From an uncultured Rickettsiales bacterium (GTDB lineage Bacteria; Pseudomonadota; Alphaproteobacteria; Rickettsiales; UBA1997), in NCBI GenBank assembly GCA_905478165.1, contig CAJQHK010000010.1, positions 789 to 64,788 on the forward strand: 64,000 nucleotides of DNA, written 5' to 3'. Positions 38,133-48,217 of the stretch are shown here, in pieces. Numbering within the stretch: the stretch's first letter is position 1; every line of letters begins with the position of its first letter. The notes under the pieces were generated by a model, which had not been told where the DNA came from, made no database searches, and saw nothing but the letters and a program-made list of their open reading frames with translations. A program made the position numbers and the translations under genes.

Positions 38133-38390
38133 TCTACGCGGTATTGTTTGGAAGCTACAAAAGGCATTGATTTACATGGCGATCCAATTCCTATAGATCA
38201 TAATGGAGCTGTGCATTTTCCACAGTTGGATATGGATATGGATACACCGAGACCTAGAAGGAGTAGTAGCCGATAATAAAAACTGCGTAAATGACAATCT
38301 AATAATTTAAAGTTTTCTTTAAATTTTTGTTAATTCATTTACATATAAATCATGACTCAAAAAGTAAGAATTAATCGGATCTAATGCCTT

Positions 38391-38486
38391 ACCAAAGCAA
38401 CCAAAGAAAGCATTAATTTAAAGAGCTTTAGAAGAAAAGGTTGTAAGCCCTATATTCTATTCGAATTAGGAGTTGAACTTAGCGTT
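38391..38486 (+). repeat. Family B repeat, copy B4 (centre plus right arm)
   Basis: aaccaaagaaagcattaattt and attcgaattaggagttgaacttagcgtt align with the centre and right inverted repeat of B2. Confidence 0.6.
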
Positions 38487-38506
38487 TTTATGATAGGCTC
38501 AATTTA

Positions 38507-39802
38507 CTATTCTATGATATGAGATATCGAAGCTCCACAACTTACTAATTTATCCTCCAATCTCTCATAACCCCTCTCTAAGTGATAAATTCGATCAATT
38601 ACAGTTTCTCCCTCAGCAATTAGGGCAGCAATTACTAGGGAGACTGAAGCTCTAAGATCAGTTGCCATAACTCTTGTACCAGATAATTCTTTAACCGGCT
38701 CTATTGTAGCAACATTACTATCTATAGAAATTTTTGCTCCCATACGGTTTAACTCAGAAACATGCATAAATCTATTCTCAAAAATCTCTTCCTTAATTTT
38801 TGATGTTTTGTTAGCGATGATCATAAGAGCCATAAATTGCGCCTGCATATCCGTTGCCATACCTGGAAATGGACTAGTTGTAATATCTACTGAGTTAATG
38901 TCTTTTCCAGCCCTAGTGACCTCTATCATATCTTTACTAACATCCTTAATTTTTACTCCAGCTTGATTTAATTTTTCTAAGAATTCCTTATGAAAAATCT
39001 TAGAAGTAAGACCCCTCATCCTAATTGACCCATTAGTAATGGCAGCCATGATGGCATAACTACCAGCCTCTATTCTGTCTGGCATAATATGATGCTTCGC
39101 AGAATTAAGATCTTTAACGCCAATAATTTGTATTTTTGAAGTACCTATTCCTTCAATTTTAGCTCCCATTTTTACCAAAGAATTAGCTAAATCAGTAATT
39201 TCAGGCTCTATTGCAGCATTTTCAAGAATTGTAACCCCTTCTGCTAAAGTAGCAGCCATCATTATATTTTGGGTTGCGCCAACAGATATTTTTTTAAAAC
39301 AAATATTTGCGCCTTTTAGTTTTCCTTTTGCTATTACATAACCATCTGTAATTGTAATATTTGCACCCATCTGTTCTAGAGCCGAAATATGTAAATCTAC
39401 TGGACGAGCTCCAATCGCGCAACCACCGGGTAGCGAGACTTTAGCATAGCCAAATCTTGCAACTAAAGGTCCTAAAATTAGAATAGAAGCTCGCATTTTT
39501 GAAACCAAATCATAAGATCCAACAAAATTCTTAATATTATTTGCTTTAAAGGAAATTATCCTACCATCATACCCAGAAACATCGCTTGTAAGCATTTTAA
39601 CTTTAACCCCAATATCCAACAATAGAGTTGTAAGAGTTGAGATGTCAGAAACATGAGGAACGTTACTGAAAATAACTTCCTCTTTGGTTAATATAGAAGA
39701 AATTATAATTGGCAAGGCAGCATTTTTTGCCCCATAGATATTAATTTGACCATCTAGTTTTTTACCGCCTTTAATTATCAGTTTTTTCATTATTATAAAC
39801 AA
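38507..39802 (-). CDS. murA: UDP-N-acetylglucosamine 1-carboxyvinyltransferase
   Basis: 431 aa with the catalytic loop LPGGCAIGARPVDLH. The probable true start is the MKKLIIKGG Met at 39790. Confidence 0.95.
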   Translation of the reverse strand: MFIIMKKLIIKGGKKLDGQINIYGAKNAALPIIISSILTKEEVIFSNVPHVSDISTLTTLLLDIGVKVKMLTSDVSGYDGRIISFKANNIKNFVGSYDLVSKMRASILILGPLVARFGYAKVSLPGGCAIGARPVDLHISALEQMGANITITDGYVIAKGKLKGANICFKKISVGATQNIMMAATLAEGVTILENAAIEPEITDLANSLVKMGAKIEGIGTSKIQIIGVKDLNSAKHHIMPDRIEAGSYAIMAAITNGSIRMRGLTSKIFHKEFLEKLNQAGVKIKDVSKDMIEVTRAGKDINSVDITTSPFPGMATDMQAQFMALMIIANKTSKIKEEIFENRFMHVSELNRMGAKISIDSNVATIEPVKELSGTRVMATDLRASVSLVIAALIAEGETVIDRIYHLERGYERLEDKLVSCGASISHIIE

Positions 39803-40578
39803 TTATTATCAAAGGGGAATTTTCCTGCCCTTACTTCATTTTGGAATTTTTGAACTGAATTTGCAATCTCTTTGGATAAATTGTGATATTTTTTAAGAAA
39901 TTTCGGAGCAAAATCTTTGTTTAAACCCAAGAGATCATCGATAACAAGTATCTGACCATCACATGATCTTGAAGCTCCTATTCCTATAGTAATTAAGTTA
40001 GAATTTTTTACAATTTGATCAGAAAGATTGGCGGGTATTGCCTCTATAACAAATGAAAAAACTCCAGAACTTTCTAGACATTGCGCAGTTTGCACAATTT
40101 CTTTAGCGGAGATTGAATCAATACCTTGATATTTATAGCCACCATATTTTTTAATATGTTGAGGCATGAGACCGATGTGACCCATGACATTAATGCCATT
40201 TTTTACCAGATATGAAGCTGTTTCTAGCATTTTTTCATCGGTTTCTATTTTAATTGCGTCACAGTCACTCTCTTCAACCATCTTCTTGGCATTATCAAGG
40301 GCCTGATCTTTTGATGATTCATAAGACCCAAAGGGTAAATCAACAACTAAAAATGAATTATTGACCGCTTTTTTTACCGCCTTAGCATGATTAATCATCA
40401 TTGACATGGGTACTGATAGCGTATCTTCCATACCATATATTGTGGTTGCAACAGAATCTCCAACTAATATTATATCGCAAAATTGATCAATAATTTTAGC
40501 TATCGGATAAGTGTGAGCTGAGACACATACTAACGGAATATTTTCTTCCTTCTTTTTTATTAAATCCCTTATCTTCAC
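39793..40578 (-). CDS. panB: 3-methyl-2-oxobutanoate hydroxymethyltransferase
   Basis: 261 aa with a VGDSVATTIYG block and PanB-like overall sequence. Its start overlaps the upstream stop (ATGA). Confidence 0.92.
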   Translation of the reverse strand: MKIRDLIKKKEENIPLVCVSAHTYPIAKIIDQFCDIILVGDSVATTIYGMEDTLSVPMSMMINHAKAVKKAVNNSFLVVDLPFGSYESSKDQALDNAKKMVEESDCDAIKIETDEKMLETASYLVKNGINVMGHIGLMPQHIKKYGGYKYQGIDSISAKEIVQTAQCLESSGVFSFVIEAIPANLSDQIVKNSNLITIGIGASRSCDGQILVIDDLLGLNKDFAPKFLKKYHNLSKEIANSVQKFQNEVRAGKFPFDNNCL

Positions 40579-43337
40579 TGAATTTTTAAATATTGATTAA
40601 TCTGAGAAAAATTTGGTGACAAACTTAGGTTATCAATAGGTCCCGAGGCATTAAGAGCAAACCTTAGGGGAATAGTTTTCCCATTTGGGGTAACGGCTAT
40701 TATAATACTATTATGACCAATATTAATCTGATTATTTTTTAAATCCAAAGTTCCACTAGTAATACCATTTAAACCAACAGATTCTGTATTAATATAAATT
40801 TCTTTTTTGACATTATTAGGCCTTATATCTATAGATCCTGTAACTTTTCTAAAAATTGTTTTAGCTGAATCTGATAACATTATATCTTTTACGTTATTTA
40901 TTGAATTTGGGTCTTTATTAATTTCAGTCAACAAATCTCCTATGCCAAACTTCTTCATAATAACCCCCACAGAGTTAAACTTAGCCTGTAGATTAAGATT
41001 TTTATAGAATTCTTCTCGATTTTTGGCATAGCTCATTATAACGCCACTTACGTTAGATTTGGATTCAATGTTACTTATATTAAATAACTTACTAAGGAAA
41101 ACCTTATTTTCTATACCCAGTAGTTGAAAAGAATTATTGAGTCTTTTTTGCTTATTCAGGATTACATCTCCCAAAATATTAATTTCTCCGCCAAATAAAG
41201 ATGCTGAGGCTTTTTCAATATTTACCACCCCCTCTTTAAATGGCGCCCTTATGAGTAAGTCATTTATTTTTATATTGTTAAAATTCAAATGCTTTATATC
41301 TATATCTATATCACCATCAAACCTAACTAGAGAAGGAAAATCAAAAAAATAATTTACAAAATTAGATCTAAATTTATCTGACGAAGATTCTTTTGATAAA
41401 TCATCTATAGATAAATAACTGGAACTTAAAGAAAAATTAAAAATAGGAATGGGAGAATATACATCTAAATACAACTTAATATTACTATTATTTTGACCTT
41501 GATCTATTAAAAGAGCTGGTATGTCTATGGTTCCTCTGCCTACGTTAATGTTGAAAGATTGATTTGTTAGGTAAAAATCCTCATATGATAATCTACCAAA
41601 CTTTAGCGATAATTTATGATTAATATCAATGTTATTAAGGCTAAGAAAATTTTGTAAAAAAGCATTGCCATGAGTAAATTTTTCAAGATAATTTTTGGGA
41701 AAATAATCTTCTAATTTTAACTGATTAAAATTTAAATTATAGCTAGCATCTAATATATCTCCACTCTCAATCATAAATATATCTCCAGATATGATGGATT
41801 TTTTATTTAAAGATGCTTGTATTTCTTTTAAAATTGTGGTATTTGGTAAAATTAAAATTTTTGATCTGGCTCTAAAATCTCTTAAAGAGTCTTTCTTGAG
41901 TCGACTCGTTGACAGTGAGGATAAATTTATTACATCCTGAAACCTACCGCTATTTAAAACCATATAACCATCTAACTTTATCAAAGATCCTATATTTTCT
42001 ATTACTCCTGTAATTTGTAATTTTGAATTATCTTTAAGATTTAATTCAAAATTATCTAATTTAATTTGTTTGTTATTGCTTGTAGACATGGATATTAATA
42101 TATCCGTTAATATCTGATCCTTATATTCTAACTTCTTGATATTAATATTAGATTTTAAAAATAGGCCAAAAATTGAAATGTCTAATTTAGGAAATTTCTT
42201 ATAATTAATAGCTAATTTATTTTTAAAGCCATCAACTATATTAGTAATTGCATCATTAAGATATTTGTCTTTTATTGGCTGAAATTTACCAATCCACAGA
42301 TCATCAAAATTTAAATAATCTATCGATAGATCTAAATCTATCGACTTATCTTCTTCTAAATTATTGGCAACCACCTTCCCAGAACCTTTGATTATACTTG
42401 AATCTATATTAATATTTTCAATATTTAGGACCCCGTCTTTTAAAAAGATATTAGAAGATAACTTTATATCTTCTGTATTATTGATATTTCTAAATATTAA
42501 GCTTTTTTGAGAAAAATATTTATTAAGTAGCAGTTTTAAATTTGATATTGATAGATTAATCTTACCATCAAAATTTGACTTAGTGATACTTAGACTCTCT
42601 GTGTCAAAAAACTTGCCAGAAATGTCGCCCTGTAAAATTGGAGAATTAATAGTAAGTCTAGATATATCATCCGATTTGGTTGAGACGTCTAAATTAAAAA
42701 TTGTTGGAATACCCTCTGATACAAATGACCCTTCAGCATAAACCCTACCTTTTAAAAGGTCTGAGTCCATTTCTATAGATAAATCTGTATAATTAGAGTA
42801 AGGGGTTCCGTTAATATCTGTTATTAATAATCTGGAATTAATTACAACTATACTGTCAACACTTCTTATGTCGAAAATTTTATTATCTGATTTGTCAAAA
42901 TTAAATATTTTATTGACAATAAAGTCTTGACTAACTTGAGGAATATATCGTAGTTCAGATTGAGTTTTTAAAGTTAAGTCTTCATAAGATATTACATAGT
43001 TAGCGTTAATACCACTGAATATGACCTCCTTAATCTCTAGGGGCCCAAAAATAGAAGAAATCCTTGGAATGATAGATATAGAATCAAAATCAATATTTAC
43101 ATGACCATCTTTTGTAATAAAATTACTAACAGAAATGTCTTTGATGGTAATTTTTGGCCTAGGTAAAAAAGATATATCAATATCAGACTGGATATTAAAG
43201 TTTGTTTGAAATTTAGAAGTTAGTTTGTTTTGAAGGTTAATTTGAACTGATTTTGACTCTATCAGTGACGGTAAAATAATCAAGACACCTATAATTATTG
43301 ACAGAAGCAATACAATTATCTTAGGTAAAATTTTCAT
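40575..43337 (-). CDS. AsmA-family outer-membrane biogenesis protein
   Basis: 920 aa with one N-terminal TM (ILPKIIVLLLSIIIGVLIILPSLI) followed by a long Asn/Ser/Ile-rich beta-rich periplasmic region. The size and topology are typical of AsmA/TamB-like proteins. This is an architecture-level call. Confidence 0.65.
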   Translation of the reverse strand: MKILPKIIVLLLSIIIGVLIILPSLIESKSVQINLQNKLTSKFQTNFNIQSDIDISFLPRPKITIKDISVSNFITKDGHVNIDFDSISIIPRISSIFGPLEIKEVIFSGINANYVISYEDLTLKTQSELRYIPQVSQDFIVNKIFNFDKSDNKIFDIRSVDSIVVINSRLLITDINGTPYSNYTDLSIEMDSDLLKGRVYAEGSFVSEGIPTIFNLDVSTKSDDISRLTINSPILQGDISGKFFDTESLSITKSNFDGKINLSISNLKLLLNKYFSQKSLIFRNINNTEDIKLSSNIFLKDGVLNIENINIDSSIIKGSGKVVANNLEEDKSIDLDLSIDYLNFDDLWIGKFQPIKDKYLNDAITNIVDGFKNKLAINYKKFPKLDISIFGLFLKSNINIKKLEYKDQILTDILISMSTSNNKQIKLDNFELNLKDNSKLQITGVIENIGSLIKLDGYMVLNSGRFQDVINLSSLSTSRLKKDSLRDFRARSKILILPNTTILKEIQASLNKKSIISGDIFMIESGDILDASYNLNFNQLKLEDYFPKNYLEKFTHGNAFLQNFLSLNNIDINHKLSLKFGRLSYEDFYLTNQSFNINVGRGTIDIPALLIDQGQNNSNIKLYLDVYSPIPIFNFSLSSSYLSIDDLSKESSSDKFRSNFVNYFFDFPSLVRFDGDIDIDIKHLNFNNIKINDLLIRAPFKEGVVNIEKASASLFGGEINILGDVILNKQKRLNNSFQLLGIENKVFLSKLFNISNIESKSNVSGVIMSYAKNREEFYKNLNLQAKFNSVGVIMKKFGIGDLLTEINKDPNSINNVKDIMLSDSAKTIFRKVTGSIDIRPNNVKKEIYINTESVGLNGITSGTLDLKNNQINIGHNSIIIAVTPNGKTIPLRFALNASGPIDNLSLSPNFSQINQYLKIQ

Positions 43338-43392
43338 TTATTTCCAATATTGGTTAACAAAACGCAGTTACTTAAGGTGTTTGGACTTAGTA

Positions 43393-44328
43393 TTACCCCT
43401 TAAATATCATAGTTCCAGCACCACTTTCTGTAAATATCTCCATTAACAAAATATGATCTCTAGAGCCATTAAGAATGTGGACATACTCTACAGAATTATC
43501 TAAAGCGTCAATACATGTCCTTACCTTAGGTATCATACCCTTATTGATAACTCCATCTTTTATTAACTGCTCTGCAACACCCGAACCTAAGTGACTAACT
43601 AACTCTCCATTAGGTAATTTAATACCATCAACATCACTTAACATCACTAATTTAGTTGCAGATAATGTGCTAGCTATTATTCCTGCAACAGTATCGGCGT
43701 TAATATTATATGTATTTCCCTCATCATCAACACCGATTGGAGCAATAACTGGAATGACATCCGAATTGTCAAAAAATTCCAAAATATCAGTGTTAATATA
43801 TTCTGGATCTCCGACATATCCCAAATTAAGAATCTTGTCAATATTTGAATCGCTATCTTTTTCTATTTTCATTAACTTCTTAACCTTAATAAGGTTTGCA
43901 TCTTTTCCTGATATACCAAAAGAAAGACCTCCTACTGCTCCAATGTGACTGGAAATCATTTTATTAATTGAGCCGAGAACCATCTCAACAACTTCAACGG
44001 TATCTTTGCAAGTGACGCGTAAACCGTCAATAAAACTAGTTTTAAGATTAAGTTTTTGTAGCATATCTCCGATTTGAGGACCCCCCCCATGAACAACTAC
44101 GACATTGATGCCAGACTTCTTAAGTAAAACAACATCTTCTGCAAATTTTCTGATATTAGCGTCATTGGCCATAGCTGCGCCACCAATTTTAATAACAAAA
44201 GTTTGGTCAGCAAATTTTCGCAAAAATGGCAAAGCTTGACATAATATTTCCGCTCTCGACAACCAATCTGACTCGCTTTCTTTTTGTTGTAACGTTAAGT
44301 TATACCCTAAATTATCTTCTTTTGTCAT
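43393..44328 (-). CDS. argB: acetylglutamate kinase
   Basis: 311 aa with VIKIGGAAM and VVVHGGGPQI motifs. Confidence 0.92.
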   Translation of the reverse strand: MTKEDNLGYNLTLQQKESESDWLSRAEILCQALPFLRKFADQTFVIKIGGAAMANDANIRKFAEDVVLLKKSGINVVVVHGGGPQIGDMLQKLNLKTSFIDGLRVTCKDTVEVVEMVLGSINKMISSHIGAVGGLSFGISGKDANLIKVKKLMKIEKDSDSNIDKILNLGYVGDPEYINTDILEFFDNSDVIPVIAPIGVDDEGNTYNINADTVAGIIASTLSATKLVMLSDVDGIKLPNGELVSHLGSGVAEQLIKDGVINKGMIPKVRTCIDALDNSVEYVHILNGSRDHILLMEIFTESGAGTMIFKG

Positions 44329-44683
44329 TAATATTTAAAATAGATCTATCAAAGTTAAAATACATCATTGTATTATTTATAATACTTTAGAAATATCAAT
44401 GATTCATTTGATGACAAGCGCCTCTCATAACAAAGTTTATGACCTAATGTTAAGATATAATAGAATACCAATTCATATCTTTAATGAGGATTTTAGTTTA
44501 ATAGATTTTGATTCAAAGTTATTTAAAAAAATCTGTGGCAGTGTCAGGATGTACTTCGTCAGGTTTTTCGAAATCTACTAAAATAATATTCTTGGAAAGA
44601 GGTTGGTACATTATCCATAAGGAATCACAAATAATGGCCTAGATTTTGGAGTCCATTTTTCTATCAGGGTGGAGGCTAAAAAT

Positions 44684-45604
44684 TTAGTTAAAAATATTTT
44701 TTTCTGAAATATAGGTTTTAATTTTATTGATAGCACCGGCTTCTATCTGCCTCACTCTTTCAGAGGATATGCTGTAAATATTACCTAGATCATGTAGAGT
44801 TACTGACTTTTCAAGCAAGTTTCTTTTAATAAAAATATCTTTTTCTCTATCATTCAATAAACTCATAGCCGAATTAACCAATTCCGCCCTTCTACCAGAT
44901 TCCTGACTATTGATTACCAAATCCTCTGGCAAAGGATCAGAGGATTCGATAAGTTCTCCGACTTCAGAATTACTACCTGGTACAATATTATTTAAAGAAT
45001 TATTGTTGTTGTAAAGTCGATTATCCATCTCTATCACATCACCCTCTGAAACCCCTAAATCATTCGAGATGCGCTTAATATTGGGAGTAGATATTGAGTC
45101 GTTATTTTCAATTTGAAGTAATTTTTTAATTTTATACAAATTAAAGAATAACTTCTTCTGCGCGACATTGGTACCAATTTTAACCAAAGACCAAGATCTT
45201 AAAATATAATCTTGCATATATGCCTTAATCCAAAGCATGGCATAAGTTGAGAATCTAAAGCCTTTTATTGGATCAAATTTTTTGATGGCATGCATTAAAC
45301 CCAGATTACCTTCCGACACTAAGTCGGAAATAGCTAGTCCATATCTTTTAAATTGAAAGGCCATTTTAGCCACTAGCCTTAGGTGACTTTGGATCAATAT
45401 TCCAGCGGATTTTCTGTCGTTATTATTGGCGACATTCAAGGCGAGCTGGTACTCCTCTTCTTTCTCTAAGATTGGAAATTTTTGTATTTCTTGCAAATAT
45501 CTTGCAAAATTTAACTCAAAATTACCTGATAGTCGATTTGGAGATAGAATTAATTCACTCATAAAAATAAAATAAACTTGATTTAGTAAACATCTAATTA
45601 CCAA
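44684..45604 (-). CDS. rpoH: RNA polymerase sigma-32 factor
   Basis: Contains an RpoH box (QKKLFFNL) and sigma70 regions 2 and 4. The likely start is the internal Met (MSELILSP). Confidence 0.9.
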   Translation of the reverse strand: MVIRCLLNQVYFIFMSELILSPNRLSGNFELNFARYLQEIQKFPILEKEEEYQLALNVANNNDRKSAGILIQSHLRLVAKMAFQFKRYGLAISDLVSEGNLGLMHAIKKFDPIKGFRFSTYAMLWIKAYMQDYILRSWSLVKIGTNVAQKKLFFNLYKIKKLLQIENNDSISTPNIKRISNDLGVSEGDVIEMDNRLYNNNNSLNNIVPGSNSEVGELIESSDPLPEDLVINSQESGRRAELVNSAMSLLNDREKDIFIKRNLLEKSVTLHDLGNIYSISSERVRQIEAGAINKIKTYISEKNIFN

Positions 45605-45732
45605 TCAATGACTCAAAAAAACCTCAAAAATAAAATTTACACTATGCTATATTTTATTAAAGTCTTCCTAAAAAATATAGCATATATTTAAAATATTTCA
45701 AGAATATTCGTGATATTACCTATAACTGACAT

Positions 45733-45824
45733 TACCTTGTTCCACGCGTAGAGTTTGGAGAAAGAAGATAAGATTAACATTAAATTCTTTGGTCTAAAAA
45801 TTATATGATTTGTTGAATTTAGCG
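45733..45824 (-). repeat. Family B repeat, copy B3 (left arm plus the start of the GC-richer core)
   Basis: The reverse complement reads cgctaaattcaac..atataatttttagaccaaagaatttaatgttaa, then ..ctctacgcgtggaacaaggtaa. This parallels B1, which reads ..ctttacgcgaggacatcaacggtaa. Confidence 0.6.
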
Positions 45825-46265
45825 AATATATCCAATATTTTGCAACTTACCACCTAGTCAACTATTAGCGTTTATAGCAACAAAAAAAGTAAAAAATATT
45901 TAAAAAACCTAAATTAAATATTGCCAATAATGCAAATATCACTGCAATTATTAATCCTTTTATCGAAATTTTATTATACAGAAACCAAAAAATAAAGCCT
46001 AATAGTTAATTTTATCTTCTATGATTTCAATGTCATCAATATTGTATTTTTTACTTTGTTTTTTATAGATATTATATAATTTTTCTGAAGATCTAAATAT
46101 AGCTAACGGTCTATCTAATATCTTTATAGGTGATACTGAAGGCCATGATTTTTTTGATATTTTCTATTTTTTAACTCCCCAATACCCCTGTACATCTTTG
46201 TATTCTAGACTTCTTGGACTAAAAGAATCCTTGATCGCTTTTGACCCTAGAGATAGTTAATATGA

Positions 46266-48215
46266 CTAATTATCAAAAAAAGTTTTTAAAGTCCTAGATC
46301 TAGTAGGATGCTTTAACTTAGATAAAGCCTTAGCCTCAATCTGTCTAATTCTCTCCCTAGTGACTGAAAACTGTCTTCCCACCTCTTCCAAGGTGTGATC
46401 TGTAACCATTCCAATACCAAATCTCATCCTTATAACCCTCTCTTCTCTTGGTGTTAAAGTTGAAAGAATTTGAGTTGAAGCTTCTTTTAATTTGCCATAA
46501 GTTGCGGCATCATTTGGAGATATAGCTGCTTTATCTTCAATAAAATCACCTAAAATACTTTCGTCATCACCAGAAAGAGGGGTTTCTAAACTAACAGGGT
46601 CTTTTGATGTTTTTAAAATTTTTCTTACCCTATCCACCGACATATAAAGTTCTCTCGCGATCTCCTCGTCAGTTGGCTCCCTCTGATTCTTTTGAATCAT
46701 CTTTTTTTGGGTTTTTAAAATTTGATTTAAACCTTCATTAATATGAATTGGAGACCTAATCATTTTAGATTGATCAGAAATGGCCCTAGTAATTGCCTGT
46801 CTAATCCACCAAGTAGCATAAGTAGAAAATTTATAACCCCTCTTATATTCAAACTTATCAACCGCTTTCATTAGGCCAATATTACCTTCCTGTATTAAAT
46901 CTAAAAATTGCAAACCTCTATTGGTATATTTTTTAGCAATTGAAACAACCAGTCTTAGATTAGCTCTTATCATTTCCTGCTTAGCCTTGCTTTCATCTCT
47001 CTGTCCCTGTCTTATTACAGATATAGTTTGGCGAAACCTGGATAACGGCAATCCCGTCAACTTAACTGCGTCTAAAATTTTATTTCTAATTTTGGCAATC
47101 TCTTCCGCTTTTTCTGCAAAACATTTTTTAATATTTTTATTGCCACATGTCTTCGTTTTACTTATCCAATCCTCTTGCTCAAGATCTTGATGCTTTTTTA
47201 AAAACTCAACCCGTTCACAACCATATGAGGTGAATAATCTTAATAAAGAAATTTCATCATTCCTGATCTCTTCATCAATCTCCACCAATTGGATAACCAA
47301 AGATTTAATTAGATCGTCATTAAAATTGATCTCCCTTGTTAATTCACTCAAGCTGTTAATTAACTTATCATTTTTCTTGTTACCGAACAATCCATCATAA
47401 CCATCGGACTCCAACTTCTTAAGAAATGTCTCTGAAAGATCAGATATGTTCTTCAGAAGATCTAACATCTTTGGCATTAAAATCCTCTCCATAGACACAA
47501 AAGAAGTGATAGAATCAAACTCATCATCCTCACCATATAAGTCACCCTCTTCAGGCTCATCATCTTCTATTATACCAAGATCACTATCAATAATGATATC
47601 ACTACTATTGCTAGAATTTTGTTCATTATTTTTTAACATCTCTTCCAGTTCGGAATTGTATGTTTCGTCAATTCTAATGATATCTCTAAGTAGTAAATTA
47701 CCACCTGACAGGCCGTCATACCAATCGATAAAATATTTCATTACAACTGGAGTTGTGCAAAGAGTTGCAACTACTTTATTTCTGCTAGCTTCAATTTTCA
47801 TAGCAATCTCAACCTCGTTTTCACGAGTTAATAATTTGAGATTACTCATGGATTTAAGGTAGTTTTTTACCGAATCTTCTGTTCTTTTTTGCGACTTTTC
47901 GTCATCATCCGCTCTAGAATCATAGTCAGCATCTTTTTCAACAATTTGAATCTTAAATTCTGATAAAATATCAAATATTTTTTCAATCTTTTCTGGATCT
48001 ATAGCCTCATTTTCAATATATTTATTGACTTTATCATAGGTAATATACCCCTTCATCTTAACACTAGCAATTAATTTTTTTAATTTAATTGCGGCAGATT
48101 CCAAGTTATGATTTGGATCCGGCTCTTTAACTGAAGGGTTTAGAGCTTTTAAATCCTCCTTATATTGATCCTTAGAATGATCTTCTTCGTTTTTTTTATT
48201 TTTCTTATTGGTCAT
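46266..48215 (-). CDS. rpoD: RNA polymerase primary sigma factor
   Basis: 649 aa with an acidic region 1 and conserved regions 2-4 ([14 protein letters not shown]). Confidence 0.96.
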   Translation of the reverse strand: MTNKKNKKNEEDHSKDQYKEDLKALNPSVKEPDPNHNLESAAIKLKKLIASVKMKGYITYDKVNKYIENEAIDPEKIEKIFDILSEFKIQIVEKDADYDSRADDDEKSQKRTEDSVKNYLKSMSNLKLLTRENEVEIAMKIEASRNKVVATLCTTPVVMKYFIDWYDGLSGGNLLLRDIIRIDETYNSELEEMLKNNEQNSSNSSDIIIDSDLGIIEDDEPEEGDLYGEDDEFDSITSFVSMERILMPKMLDLLKNISDLSETFLKKLESDGYDGLFGNKKNDKLINSLSELTREINFNDDLIKSLVIQLVEIDEEIRNDEISLLRLFTSYGCERVEFLKKHQDLEQEDWISKTKTCGNKNIKKCFAEKAEEIAKIRNKILDAVKLTGLPLSRFRQTISVIRQGQRDESKAKQEMIRANLRLVVSIAKKYTNRGLQFLDLIQEGNIGLMKAVDKFEYKRGYKFSTYATWWIRQAITRAISDQSKMIRSPIHINEGLNQILKTQKKMIQKNQREPTDEEIARELYMSVDRVRKILKTSKDPVSLETPLSGDDESILGDFIEDKAAISPNDAATYGKLKEASTQILSTLTPREERVIRMRFGIGMVTDHTLEEVGRQFSVTRERIRQIEAKALSKLKHPTRSRTLKTFFDN

Positions 48216-48217
48216 AT

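Noticed and set aside
44399-44581. A 60-aa plus-strand ORF in the argB-rpoH spacer, and an antisense 30-codon ORF (MYQPLSKNIILVDFEKPDEVHPDTATDFFK).
   Set aside because: Neither has a recognisable motif or ribosome-binding site, and the two overlap each other on opposite strands. The antisense frame might be a gene remnant, but it degenerates into many stops immediately afterwards. There is not enough evidence to call either.
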